NCBI GenBank assembly: GCA_963702475.1
Contig: CAVPCT010000004.1
Coordinates: forward strand, 96,001 to 160,000
From: an uncultured Thermoleophilia bacterium
GTDB lineage: Bacteria > Actinomycetota > Thermoleophilia > UBA2241
Length of the DNA: 64,000 nucleotides
Direction of reading: 5' to 3'
Shown one piece after another: positions 44,928 through 55,061 of the stretch; position 1 is the stretch's first letter, and each line of letters starts with the position of its first letter. The position numbers and the translations under genes were made by a program. The notes below the pieces were generated by a model, which made no database searches, was not told the origin of the DNA, and saw only the letters and a program-made list of their open reading frames with translations.

Positions 44928-46313
44928 TCACAAGGACTTGCAGTACGTCTTGAGCTGCCGCTCCGTGATGGAATCAAGGCTCGGCTCGCACATAGGACGC
45001 CAGGAGCTCCTCGACCTTCTGTCGTGCCACCGTTGCGGAGTCCGTCCACCGGCGCGGGACCAGCCGTCGTGAAGCAGGCGATTGAGAAGGGCTGGTGCTG
45101 CAGACCCCTGCCGTGTCTGCGGGTATGCGATTGGCTGAGGAAGTTGCCGCCCAGGTCCCACCGCGTCAATCACCTCGAACGCCAGGTCGTCGTCGTCGAC
45201 TGGGATCGCCCGCAGCGCCGCGCGCAAGAGGCCGACAACAGCATCGTCGATCACCAGCTTCTCCCAAGACACGCCATTGCCTGAGCTGATCGCGCCGACT
45301 GCGTTCAAGACGAAGTCGACTCCTTTCTGCATCACGGCGGCGAGGCCGAGGGCGCTCTCGACCCCCGCCTGCATGTCGACAACGTGAGAGTCGGTGACCG
45401 CCCCCCCGGCCTTGCACGGCAGGCCCAGGAAGTGACCGAGATCCACGGTCGTCGCCATCAACGCCCAGAACTCGGGCACACCGAAGAGCAGGTCTCCCGT
45501 CCGCATGGAGGCAACGGAGGAGAAGCCGGAATACAGGCAGGGACACCCCTCGCCGGCAAGCTGCGCCAGAACCAGGCCGGCGAGCGTCTCGGCGTGTTGC
45601 AGCGCCAGAATGCCGGCGAGCGACGCCGGTCCCGTCGTGCCTCCCATGACGCACGGCGTCACCGTAAGGGGCTGATGGCGACGCGCAAGCTCGAGGATGG
45701 TCGTGCAGTGGCTCTCGTCAAGCTGGAGCGGTGACGTGCTGTTGAGGCACAACGAGAGTCTCTTGGCAACTCGTGCCAGTCACCCCCAAACAGGATCTCC
45801 GCCATCTGCAGGACCACGGGCAGCTGACGTTGCTCGGCGACGGGGTACTCCAGCGGCTTGTCGGTCATGCACATCGATCGACACAGGGTCTCCGCATAGC
45901 AGACCGGGTCGGTCCAGTCGACCGGCGCCAGCGAGTAGCCGACCAGGTCCACGTTGTCAAGGACGTGGCAGAGGCGCAGCGAGCGAACGAAATCGTCCAT
46001 GGTCGCCTGGCGTAGATGGCCCTTCTTCGGCGACGCACGACGCCCCTCCCGCATTGCTGATGATCGTGTCGCCACCTCCGAACACAAGGTCCCGGTCTCG
46101 GAGCCCTTGCCGCGACCGTGAAGGACCGCGGCACCGTCGACACCGCAGCCATCACCTGATCGGCGGTCATGTAGACACGTGACTCCGTCGACGCGGAATC
46201 CTCTTGCGGCAAAGAGACGGACAGCCTGATCGCCGCGGAAGACGAAACCGGTCTCCTCGAGGATGCGCAGGCCCGCCGCGTGCAGCCTCGAGAGCCGTTG
46301 CCGCTCCCATCAT
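44928..46313 (-). CDS. MttB-superfamily methyltransferase #6 (non-pyrrolysine, MtgB-like motifs), multiple frameshifts
   Basis: LHAAGLRILEETG; MTDKPL; NSTSPLQ, MGGTTGPASLAG, KAGGAVTDSH..DMQAG, VGPG. Confidence 0.78.
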
Positions 46314-46468
46314 CAGTTCCCCTTCACTGCTCCTGTGATCTCTGCGTCAGGCTGCCTTCACGCCACGAAGACGCGTCTCTCGCGCCTTTCATCGAGTCGC
46401 AGCGCAGCCAGCGATCCGGATGCTGCGCGCCGGGGCGACCTCCTCGATGCGCCTGGCTTCATGCGTCT

Positions 46469-48116
46469 CTACGCGATGTACGCCCGCGTCAGGTCGAGGA
46501 ACTCCGCCCCGTTCGCCTCGACGCCCATGACCTTCTTGTTCATGGCGCGGAGCGCCTCGATCCATAGGCGATGACGCAGGGTGTCTCGTCTGTCTGGAGG
46601 GTCGCCATCTGCGTACCGATGTCTCTCCGAGACGCTTCGTCCAGGGTCGCATCGTACTGCTCCGCCAGCCTGTCAAACTCGGAGTTCTTCCAGCCCGTGT
46701 TGTTCCACACCCCGGTGGATGTGAGCATGGGAAGGAAGAACTGGGACGGTATGGCCTTCGCGGCCCAGTCGGTGATGCCAAAGGGCACCGTCAGCCACGG
46801 AGCGCTCTCGTCCGAGCCGTAGTACATCGTCTGTGTCTGGAGCTGGATCTTCACGTTTATGCCCGCCGGCTCGCACTGGGCCTTGATGATCTGCGCGTAC
46901 TGCGGCACCTCGAGGTACTCCTCGGCGACGAGTGTGACGTCCAGCCCGTCGGCCATACCCGCGTCGGAGAGCAACTGCTTGGCCTTCTCGTAGTCTTGGG
47001 CACGTTGCTCGATGGACACGCCGATCGGGTAGAGCGAGCAGAAGACGTTGTCGTTGCCGATCAGGCCCTTGCCATCGAACAGGCTGTCGAGCAGCCCCTG
47101 CCGGTCGAGGCAGCAGGCGACCGCCTGGCGTACGTTCTTGTCGGTGAAGGGCGCCTTGTCGACGCGCATCTGCACCTCGCGCATCTGCGTGGAAGGCGTC
47201 GAGACGATCTTGACGTTGGGGTCGCCGAGCAAACCCTGCGACCCCTGGAACGGTGTCGAGAGCTGCATGTCCTGGCTGCCCGACTGCAACTGCAGGGTCT
47301 GGGCCTGTTCCTCAGCGTAGGAGACCGTGACTCCGTCGAGATAGGGCAGCCCCGACTGCCAGTAGGTGGGGTTCTTCGCGAACTGGGCGCTCTGCTTGGA
47401 CGTGTAGGCAGTCAGGGTGAACGGGCCCGTGCCCACCGGGCTCTTCTCGAAGTCGCCGGCGTAGTCCTTCGGCAGCATGACGCAGTCATAGTTGGACGAT
47501 GAGACGAGATAGGGGAAGTCGACGAAGGCGCGGTCCAACCCGAACTCGACGGTGCTGTCGTCGACTGCGCGGACCCCATCGGGCGAGAGGATGCCTTGGA
47601 AGTTGGTGAGTGCAGCTGAGCCGGCCGCCGGATCCGCAAGGCGCTTGATCGTGGCCACGACGTCATCGGCAGTGAACGGTTGCCCGTTGCTGAAGGCGAC
47701 GTTCTGGCGCAGCTTGAAGGTCCACGTTTGCGCCGTCGCGTCCGGAGTCCAGCTCTCGGCCAGGACGGGCGAAGAGTAAGGTCGTTCTCAGCCCAGGTCA
47801 GGTATTCGCACACGAGCTGGATCGTGGCGATGGCGCCGGCGTCGTACATGGTGACGGGGTCGAGGGCACCCGTGGGCGGCATCATCGTGACGCGGAGAGT
47901 ACCCCCGGCTTTCGGTGCAGCGCTGGTCGTTGCCGAGGGCGACGCGGTGGAGCTCGGCATGTCGTCGCCGCACGCGGAAAGCAGCGAGCCGAGCGTCGTC
48001 AACGACAATCCAAGAACACTCCCTCGAACCAACATCTGGCGCCGCGTCATGCGTCCTCGGGCGACCTCATCCAGCAGGTGCTGGCTGAGCTCTCTCTGCA
48101 ACTGGTTCTCATGCAT
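46469..48116 (-). CDS. ABC substrate-binding protein, family 5, Tat-lipoprotein (frameshifts near 47775 and 46565)
   Basis: MTRRQMLVRG...LSAC; VGTGPF, NPTYW, LPYLD, PFTDKNVRQA, WNNTGW. Confidence 0.87.
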
Positions 48117-48620
48117 CGTGCAGTCCCCCTTGCGGCGAATGCGGGCGCTGGTCTGGATCCGGACCGCGCTCCCCAGAATGCTGGCAGTATGTGCTGCGGG
48201 AATCACTGAGCAACGGTGCCGCCCGGTTTTCCGCCATTCGGGACGAAACGCGCGCGCAGACTGCGATGCCTGCTCCCACGGCTTCTCACGCAGCCAGGGA
48301 GCGTCGTCCTGCGAGCGCGGTACCACGAGGCCACATATCGCCGGCAATGCTCGCGGCCACGGCCGGCAGCGCGGCCCAGTGGAGCAGAGGTAGGTCCCAG
48401 GTCGCGGGAGGGGATCGCGCGGCCGGGACCAGTGCGACGGAAAAGCGTCCGGCCCGCGAGCGCCGGTGCGGAGCTCGCGGGCCTGGCGGGACTGCCGGCG
48501 GGGCGAGGGCCGGAAGAGTGCGGCCGGCGGGGCTACCCGAAGTGGGCTGCCCCGCCGGCCGCGGACGGACGCAAGCGGTGCGTCCGGTGCGCGTCCGGGA
48601 TGTCAGGCGCGATCGCGCTG

Positions 48621-49244
48621 TCAGGCGACGATCGCCTTGCAGAGGCTCACGGCGCCGGGCGCGTCCGACGCGTAGCCGTCGGCCTGGATCTCGTCGGCGT
48701 AGGGCTGCGTGAGCGGCGCCCCGCCGACGATGGCCTTGGCGCGCACGCCGGCCTCGTGCATGGCCTCCACCGTCTTGCGCATCTGCGGCATGGTCGTCAC
48801 GAGCAGGGCCGACATGCCGACCACCGCCGCGTCGTGCTCCTTGGCGGCGGCCACGAACTCCTCGGGCGCCACATCGGTGCCCAGGTCGATCACATTGAAC
48901 CCGGCGCCCTCGAGCATGAGCACCACGAGGTTCTTGCCGATGTCGTGCAGGTCGCCCTTGACGGCGCCCATCACGACGGTGCCCTTGCCGCCGCTCACGC
49001 CCTCCACGAGGAGCGGCTTGAGCAGGGCCAGGCCCTCCTGCATGGCCTCGGCCGAGATGAGCATCTCGGGGATGAAGAGGTCGCCCTTGGCGAACAGGTC
49101 GCCGATGGTGTCCATCGCCGGGATGAGGCCGTTGTCGAGGATGTCGCCGGCCTCGTTGCCCTCGTCCAGGTACTTCTGCGTGAGCTGCGGGGCGGCGTCC
49201 ACGTCGCCCTCGATCACTGCCTGCTTCAAGTCTTCAAACGCCAT
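48621..49244 (-). CDS. Corrinoid methyl-accepting protein (MttC/MtqC-type)
   Basis: GLIPAM..IGDLF, FIPEML, KGDLHDIGKNLV (DxHxxG), DLGTDV, MSALL, VGGAP. Confidence 0.95.
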   Translation of the reverse strand: MAFEDLKQAVIEGDVDAAPQLTQKYLDEGNEAGDILDNGLIPAMDTIGDLFAKGDLFIPEMLISAEAMQEGLALLKPLLVEGVSGGKGTVVMGAVKGDLHDIGKNLVVLMLEGAGFNVIDLGTDVAPEEFVAAAKEHDAAVVGMSALLVTTMPQMRKTVEAMHEAGVRAKAIVGGAPLTQPYADEIQADGYASDAPGAVSLCKAIVA

Positions 49245-49298
49245 CGTTCCTCCAGAGAGTCTCAGTGAGAGGCCGGTCGGCGGATCTCACGGTGCGAG

Positions 49299-49366
49299 GC
49301 CGGCGGGCGGGCCGCCGCGCTGGGGCGCCCGGAGGGCGTCCGGTCGCGGCGGCGGCCCGCCGGCTG
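49299..49366. terminator. Long imperfect GC hairpin between mttB#7 and the corrinoid gene
   Basis: CCGGCGGGCGGGCCGCCGCG...GGGCGCCC-ggag-GGCGTCC...CGCGGCGGCGGCCCGCCGG. Confidence 0.45.
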
Positions 49367-49379
49367 AGCCGTCCGGCTG

Positions 49380-50822
49380 TCAGCCGGCGAGCGCCTTGTC
49401 GGCGGCCTTCACGACGTTGTCCATGTCGCGCTTCACGTCGTCCGGCAGGTCGAGGGGCTGCAGGTCCTTCTTCAGCTCCTTGTACAGCTCGACGGCGCGG
49501 GTGTGCAGGTCCTTGCGGCCCGCGGCGATCCAGTTGTCGAGCACATCGGGCACGAGAAGGTCGGGACGGATCATCTCGCGGCAGTGACGGAGCGTGTGCC
49601 TGCGGCGCAGGTAGTGGCCGCCGGCGCCGGCGTCGATGATCTCCTCGACGGCGAGGTTCTCGTCGTCGACCTGCACGCCGGCCACGGTGCGCTGGATGAC
49701 GGCCAGGATACGGTCGTCGATGACCAGCTCGACCGGGCTGGCGAGCGTCGAGCCGCCCAGGCGGCCGGCGCCGTACAGGATGTCCGCGCCGGCCATGGAG
49801 AGCACCGCCGGCTGCAGGGTCTTCTCGGAGGCCGTCTGGCCGTCCGGCACGTAGGAGTCGGCCATCATGGAGAAGGTCTCGACCGGCACGTTCCACGCCG
49901 CCTTGCAGAACTGGGCGCAGGCGGCGCGCGTGAGGATCGTCTCGCTGCTGGCGAGCAGGGCGTTGCCGGTGCCGAGGTCCATGGTCGTGTTGAACACGGT
50001 GGCGACGAACGGCAGGCCGGGCTTGAACAGCTGGCTCATGGTGAGGAAGGCGAGCAGCTCGACGGCCTCGAGCAGCACGGTGCCGGCGATGGTGCCGGGC
50101 GCGGTGGCGCCCAGAACGGGCAGCGAGTTGGCGGCCACGGGGATGTCGTACTCGGCAGCCCCGGCCAGCTGCGCCATGTCCATGTCCTTGAACACCAGCG
50201 GACTCAGGGACGTGGGGTTGATGAGCAGCAGCGGGCGCTTGCGCAGCTCGTCGGCGCCGCCGGCCCGCGCCAGCATGAGGTCGAAGAGGTACGGCACGCT
50301 CTCGTAGCAGTAGGCGAGGAGCATGAGCGGCTTGGACGTGTTCTGCAGCTGCACGTTGAGGCCGTGCACATCCGCCGTCTCCATGGGGGCGTCCATGGGG
50401 GTCTGGATGGCGCACACGTCGATGTTGGGGAGGATCTCGACGAGCTGGCACCACTCGGCGAAGCGCTGGTGCGTGTTGTCAACGTAATCGCCGGAGTCAG
50501 GGTCGAGATAGCGCATGGTCTGGACGCAGGTGGTGGAGTAGAAGCGACCCGTGGGGTCAGGCACGGTGAAGTCGTGCTTCTCGTCGCCGCCTTTGACGGT
50601 GACGCTGTGCGGCACGGTCTCGAGAGCCCCGGCGATCACATCGGCCGGGAACTTGACCATGCGCGTCTCGTGATCCACCTGTGCACCGGCGGTCTCGAGG
50701 CGCTTGAGCGACTCCTCGTGGTCGACCTTGACCCCGTAGGTGGACAGGATGTGGACAGCCTTGTCGTGGATCGAGGCGACGTCCGCCTCCTCCAGCAGCT
50801 GCACCCGCAAGGTCTTGGCCAT
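49380..50822 (-). CDS. MttB-superfamily methyltransferase #7 (non-pyrrolysine, divergent)
   Basis: IHDKAVHIL..YGV, NTSKP, INPTSLSPL, LGATAPGTIAG, KPGLPF, MMADSYVPDGQ, GAGGHYL. Confidence 0.9.
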   Translation of the reverse strand: MAKTLRVQLLEEADVASIHDKAVHILSTYGVKVDHEESLKRLETAGAQVDHETRMVKFPADVIAGALETVPHSVTVKGGDEKHDFTVPDPTGRFYSTTCVQTMRYLDPDSGDYVDNTHQRFAEWCQLVEILPNIDVCAIQTPMDAPMETADVHGLNVQLQNTSKPLMLLAYCYESVPYLFDLMLARAGGADELRKRPLLLINPTSLSPLVFKDMDMAQLAGAAEYDIPVAANSLPVLGATAPGTIAGTVLLEAVELLAFLTMSQLFKPGLPFVATVFNTTMDLGTGNALLASSETILTRAACAQFCKAAWNVPVETFSMMADSYVPDGQTASEKTLQPAVLSMAGADILYGAGRLGGSTLASPVELVIDDRILAVIQRTVAGVQVDDENLAVEEIIDAGAGGHYLRRRHTLRHCREMIRPDLLVPDVLDNWIAAGRKDLHTRAVELYKELKKDLQPLDLPDDVKRDMDNVVKAADKALAG

Positions 50823-51155
50823 GGCTTCTCCCTCTCGCTTGGTGTCATCGTGCGGTCGCGGGGGCGCCGGTCTGACCGGCGCGGCACGGCCGCGACGCGC
50901 ATTGACGGTGGGTCCGGCGGAGGGACGGGACGTGCGGTGTGGCCCTCCTCCGTTCCCGAATCAGGTCCAGGACGTGCCCTTGTCCCGATTCTGGAACGCG
51001 CCTACCGTAGCGATACAGCTTCGGCGAGCACAAGCGCGACGCGCCGTCCGTCCGGGATGTCGGACGGTAATGGGGGCGACGTCCAGCACGCGGGGGGGCC
51101 GGGGCGACCGCGTCCGGCAGGAGCGCCGGCGGGTGCGACGGCCGCGGTCGGGCGG

Positions 51156-52046
51156 CTACAGCTTCGGGTGCAGCGCGGCCTCGTACGCCGCCGTCAGCTC
51201 CGCCGCGGCGGCGCACACGAGTGCGGCCACCGCGTCCACGCCTCGCTCCTCGAGCCGCCACGTGGGCCCGATGACGTTGACGCCGGCGTTGGGGACCATG
51301 CCGCCGATAGCGGCGGAGACGGCGGTCACGCCCGGCTCGACGGCGTCCTTGACCACGTGAGCGTTGCAGCCGCCGGTCTCCTGGAAGGCCGCCCCGACCG
51401 AGGTACCCTCCAGCGGCACGCGCCTGCCCACCCAGCCGCGGCAACGCAGATCGAAGTGACTCTCCACCTGGTCGAGGTAGAGCGCCTGCCCGGCGTCTTC
51501 GACGATGAGGCTCGCGGTCTCGCCGGTCTCGTCGCGCAGACGGACGAGGATGGGCCGAGCGGTGAGCTGCAGGCGCTCGGCCCAGCCCACCCGCGACGCC
51601 ATGCTGACGAAGCGCAGACCCAATCCGTAGGTGCCGTCGTAGCCGGCCATCACGAGACCGTGGTCGGCCAGTGCGACGAGCAGGCGGCCGACCAGGTCGG
51701 GAGGCAGCGCGGTCGCGGCGGCCAGGTCCTGCGGACTCATGCGGCCGCCGCCTCGCTCAAGCGTCTCGAGCACCAGCATGCCGTGCACGAACAGCAGGCT
51801 GTCGGAGCGCAGGTCGAGCAGGCGCCGGCCCGGTGCCCAGCCGGCTTCATCGGGCAGGTCCGCCAGGTAGCCTCGCGCCTCCAGCACACGCAGCAGCTTG
51901 TAGAGACTGGTGCGCGGGATCCCGCAGCCCTCGCCGATCTGAGCGGCCGTCACCGGGCACCCCTGCTGGCCGACGTATTCGAGGACGTCGAGCGTACGCG
52001 CGGAGGCTCTCAGGGGCTGGGCGTCGTCGGTCGCGCCGTTGGTCAT
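51156..52046 (-). CDS. IclR-family regulator with tandem HTH domains
   Basis: RTLDVLEYV..IPRTSLYKLL; second HTH SPQDLAAATALP; RLRDETGETASL, YLDQVES; start could be 52067. Confidence 0.87.
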   Translation of the reverse strand: MTNGATDDAQPLRASARTLDVLEYVGQQGCPVTAAQIGEGCGIPRTSLYKLLRVLEARGYLADLPDEAGWAPGRRLLDLRSDSLLFVHGMLVLETLERGGGRMSPQDLAAATALPPDLVGRLLVALADHGLVMAGYDGTYGLGLRFVSMASRVGWAERLQLTARPILVRLRDETGETASLIVEDAGQALYLDQVESHFDLRCRGWVGRRVPLEGTSVGAAFQETGGCNAHVVKDAVEPGVTAVSAAIGGMVPNAGVNVIGPTWRLEERGVDAVAALVCAAAAELTAAYEAALHPKL

Positions 52047-52147
52047 GGAGAGCCTCGTCGTCGGCATGGCCGGACCGGGGCCGGCGGCATCATCAGGGCC
52101 GCATGAAACCAGCGCCGCCGGGACGGCGCAAGGCCGCGAGTCGTTCC

Positions 52148-52217
52148 GTCCTGCATGCTGGACGCGTCTGTCGCACCCACAGCTTCGGCCGTCGGCGTGA
52201 CGTCTGGTATTCTGGAC
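52148..52217. promoter_or_regulatory. Two 16-bp palindromic operator candidates between divergent IclR genes
   Basis: GTCCTGCATGCTGGAC (52148-52163) and GTCTGGTATTCTGGAC (52202-52217). Confidence 0.6.
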
Positions 52218-52245
52218 ACCGGCAGTCTCGCAACGCGTCTGTGAG

Positions 52246-53133
52246 GTGATGCGCGTGTCACAGTCTCGCCCGCCCGGTCCGGACGTCCCCGAGTCGTCGG
52301 CGACCCGCGCGCTGGACGTGCTCGAGTTCCTTGCGCGCCGCACCTCTCCGGCGCCGGCGGCCATCATCGCCTCGCAGTGCGCCATCCCCCGCTCGAGCCT
52401 GTACGCGCTGCTGCGGGTGCTCCGCGCCCGGCGCTTCGTCGTGTACCACGAGGACCAGAAGACCTGGAGCCTGGGTCCGGCGGCACACGAGCTCAGCGCC
52501 GCTGCGCCGCTGTTCGCCCACGGCCTGGCCGTTCTGCACGCCTTCGCCACCTCGTCGCGGCGGCTGACGCCGCGCGAGATCGCCTCGGCCAGCGGCGTGC
52601 CCAAGGCCGTCGTCGACCGCATCGTCCCGCTGCTGCAGGACAGCGATATGCTGCACGCCGAGCCGGACGGGTCGTTCTCGCTCGGCCTCGAGCTTGTCAG
52701 CCTGGCCTCTCGCGTCGCCTCTGTGGACTCGTTGCGCATCCTCGCGCGCGGTCCGCTGATGCAGCTGCGCGACGCCACGCAGGAGACGGCCAGCCTGATC
52801 GTCAAGGACGGCGACCACGGCCTCTACGTGGACCAGATCGAAAGCCGCTACGTGCTGCGCATCAGCAGCTGGGTGGGTCGCCGTGTACCGCTCGAGGGCA
52901 CAGCGACCGGCGCGGCGTTCGCCGATCCGCACCGCGCCCATCTCGTGCGCGAGGCCGTCGAGCCGGGCGTCACTGCGCTCGCCAAGGCTTTGGACATCAA
53001 GGAGCCGCGGGCCGCCATCAGCGTGCTCGCGCCCTCGTGGCGCCTGCGCGAGTTCGGCGAGGGCCGCGCGACGGAGATCATCGAGGCCGTCGCGCGCCGC
53101 ATCTCGGCGAGCGTGCCGCGGCAGAGGTCGTGA
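52246..53133 (+). CDS. IclR-family regulator with tandem HTH domains
   Basis: RALDVLEFL..IPRSSLYALL; second HTH TPREIASASGVP; QLRDATQETASL, YVDQIES. Confidence 0.9.
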   Translation: MMRVSQSRPPGPDVPESSATRALDVLEFLARRTSPAPAAIIASQCAIPRSSLYALLRVLRARRFVVYHEDQKTWSLGPAAHELSAAAPLFAHGLAVLHAFATSSRRLTPREIASASGVPKAVVDRIVPLLQDSDMLHAEPDGSFSLGLELVSLASRVASVDSLRILARGPLMQLRDATQETASLIVKDGDHGLYVDQIESRYVLRISSWVGRRVPLEGTATGAAFADPHRAHLVREAVEPGVTALAKALDIKEPRAAISVLAPSWRLREFGEGRATEIIEAVARRISASVPRQRS

Positions 53134-53207
53134 GGAGCCGGGACGGGTCCGCGCGCGGCCGCCGGCTCCCGCGTCCGCGTAGGCCCTCGCCCGCGCCGGC
53201 GCCCGGC

Positions 53208-55061
53208 TCAGCCCTTTGAGAGTACCGGCAGCGCCGGCGTGTCGCTCAGCAGCTGCTTCGTGTACTCGTGCTGGGGGTCGTCCAGTACCGCGTCCACCAA
53301 TCCGAACTCGACGATCTCGCCCTCGTTCATCACCGCGACCTCGTGCGCCACGCTGCGGATGAGCGCCAGGTTGTGGGTGACGAACAGCATGCTCACGCCC
53401 AACTCGGCCTGCAGCTGCATGAGCAGCTCGATGATGGCCGCCTGCACGGAGACGTCGAGCCACGAGGTGACCTCGTCGCAGATGAGCACGCTGGGTTCGG
53501 CGGTGAGAGCCCGCGCGATGGCGATGCGCTGGCGCTCGCCGCCCGAGAGCTGCTCCGGATAGCGGTTGAGCAGTGAGGCGTCGAGCGCCACCTGGTCGAG
53601 CACCTTGACCATGCGCGCCTCGCGCTCCTCGCGGGTCGTCTTGAAGAAGATCTCGATGGGCATCGAGAGGATCTGGCGGATGGTCTTGCGCGGGTTCAGC
53701 GAGCTGTACGGGCTCTGGAAGATGTACTGGATGTCGCGGCGCTCCTCGCGCGAGCGGCCGTAGGACTCTCGCGCGAGCGCCTTGCCGCGCAGCTTGATGT
53801 CGCCCGTGACCTTGAACGGGTGCAGGCCGGAGACGCAGCGCGCCAGCGTGGTCTTGCCGCTGCCGGACTCGCCCACGAGAGCGAGGCAGCGGTGGTCGCA
53901 CAGCTCGATGCTGACGCTGTGCAGCACCTCCTTGTTCTGGTACCAGGCGACGACGTCCTTGCAGCTGATGACGATCTTCTCGTCGGTGCGGCAGAGCTCG
54001 TCGGCCTTCACGCGGAGCGGGGCCGAACTGGTCGCCGGCATGGCTTTGACCTCTTCCCAGCGCCAGCAGCGTACCTGGTGGTCGGGATGCGGCCCTTCGT
54101 ACGGCGGGAAGTCGGTGGCGCACCTGTCGATGCGCAGGGCGCAGCGCGGGGTGAAGGCGCAGCCGGCGACGCGCTGGCCGGGCCGCGGCGCCCAGCCGGG
54201 GATGCCGTGCAGGGCCCGCTCGCCGGAGAGGTCGGGGATCGCGTCGAGCAGTCGGCGCGTGTAGGGATGGTACGCGCCGGCGAAGAGCTCGTCCTTGGGG
54301 CCGATCTCCACGAGGCGTCCGGCGTACATCACGGCGATGCGGTCGGCCAGGTTGGCGACCACGGCGAGGTCATGAGTGACGTACAGCGCCGAGACACCGT
54401 AGGAGCGTGTGAGGTCACGGACCGTCTCGAGCACGTGCGCCTGCGTGGTGACGTCCAGCGCCGTGGTGGGCTCGTCCAGCACGATGACGCGCGGCCGGTT
54501 CGCCATGGCCATGGCGATGACCACGCGCTGCTGCTGGCCGCCGGAGAGCTGGTGCGGGTAGCGGCGCAGGAAGGCCCTGTCGCTCGGCAACAGCACCTCG
54601 GCCATCATCTCCTTGAGGCGCGCCTCGCGGTCCGCCTGGGAGCTGCCGAAGTCGTGCGCGTTGAGGATCTCCATGAGCTGGTCGCCGATGCGCAGCGCCG
54701 GGTTCAGCGCCGCCGAGGCGTCCTGGGGCACGTAGGAGATCAGGCCGCCCCTGATGCGGCGCAGGTCGCCCCCGGTCGACGCCAGCACGTCGGTGCCGGC
54801 GATGTCGATGACGCCCTCGGAGACCTTGGCGCCGCGGCGCTGATAGGCGAGCAGGGAGGTGGCAGCCGTCGTCTTGCCCGAGGCCGACTCGCCCACCAGA
54901 CCGAGCACCTCGCCCTGGTGGATGGCGAACGAGACGTCGTCGTCGATGTCGATGCCGGACGGGTCGAGGACGATGCGCAAGTCGCGGACGGTGAGGACGA
55001 TGTCGCAGAGCGGTGCCCCTTCGGCGCCCCCCTCGATAGCTTGACTGCGGCGGCTATTCAC
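53208..55061 (-). CDS. Peptide/nickel-type ABC ATPase, fused DppD-DppF
   Basis: GESASGKT and GESGSGKT, two LSGG, DEPTTALD / DEVTSWLD; GTG start overlaps the permease stop. Confidence 0.92.
   Translation of the reverse strand: MNSRRSQAIEGGAEGAPLCDIVLTVRDLRIVLDPSGIDIDDDVSFAIHQGEVLGLVGESASGKTTAATSLLAYQRRGAKVSEGVIDIAGTDVLASTGGDLRRIRGGLISYVPQDASAALNPALRIGDQLMEILNAHDFGSSQADREARLKEMMAEVLLPSDRAFLRRYPHQLSGGQQQRVVIAMAMANRPRVIVLDEPTTALDVTTQAHVLETVRDLTRSYGVSALYVTHDLAVVANLADRIAVMYAGRLVEIGPKDELFAGAYHPYTRRLLDAIPDLSGERALHGIPGWAPRPGQRVAGCAFTPRCALRIDRCATDFPPYEGPHPDHQVRCWRWEEVKAMPATSSAPLRVKADELCRTDEKIVISCKDVVAWYQNKEVLHSVSIELCDHRCLALVGESGSGKTTLARCVSGLHPFKVTGDIKLRGKALARESYGRSREERRDIQYIFQSPYSSLNPRKTIRQILSMPIEIFFKTTREEREARMVKVLDQVALDASLLNRYPEQLSGGERQRIAIARALTAEPSVLICDEVTSWLDVSVQAAIIELLMQLQAELGVSMLFVTHNLALIRSVAHEVAVMNEGEIVEFGLVDAVLDDPQHEYTKQLLSDTPALPVLSKG

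Noticed and set aside
48117-48620. Cobalamin riboswitch or other ncRNA in the long intergenic regions (also 21273-21723, 35991-36472, 58719-59187)
   Set aside because: No B12-box elements (GCCACTG, GGGAAG) in the right arrangement could be found on the sense strand; an Infernal/Rfam scan would be needed.
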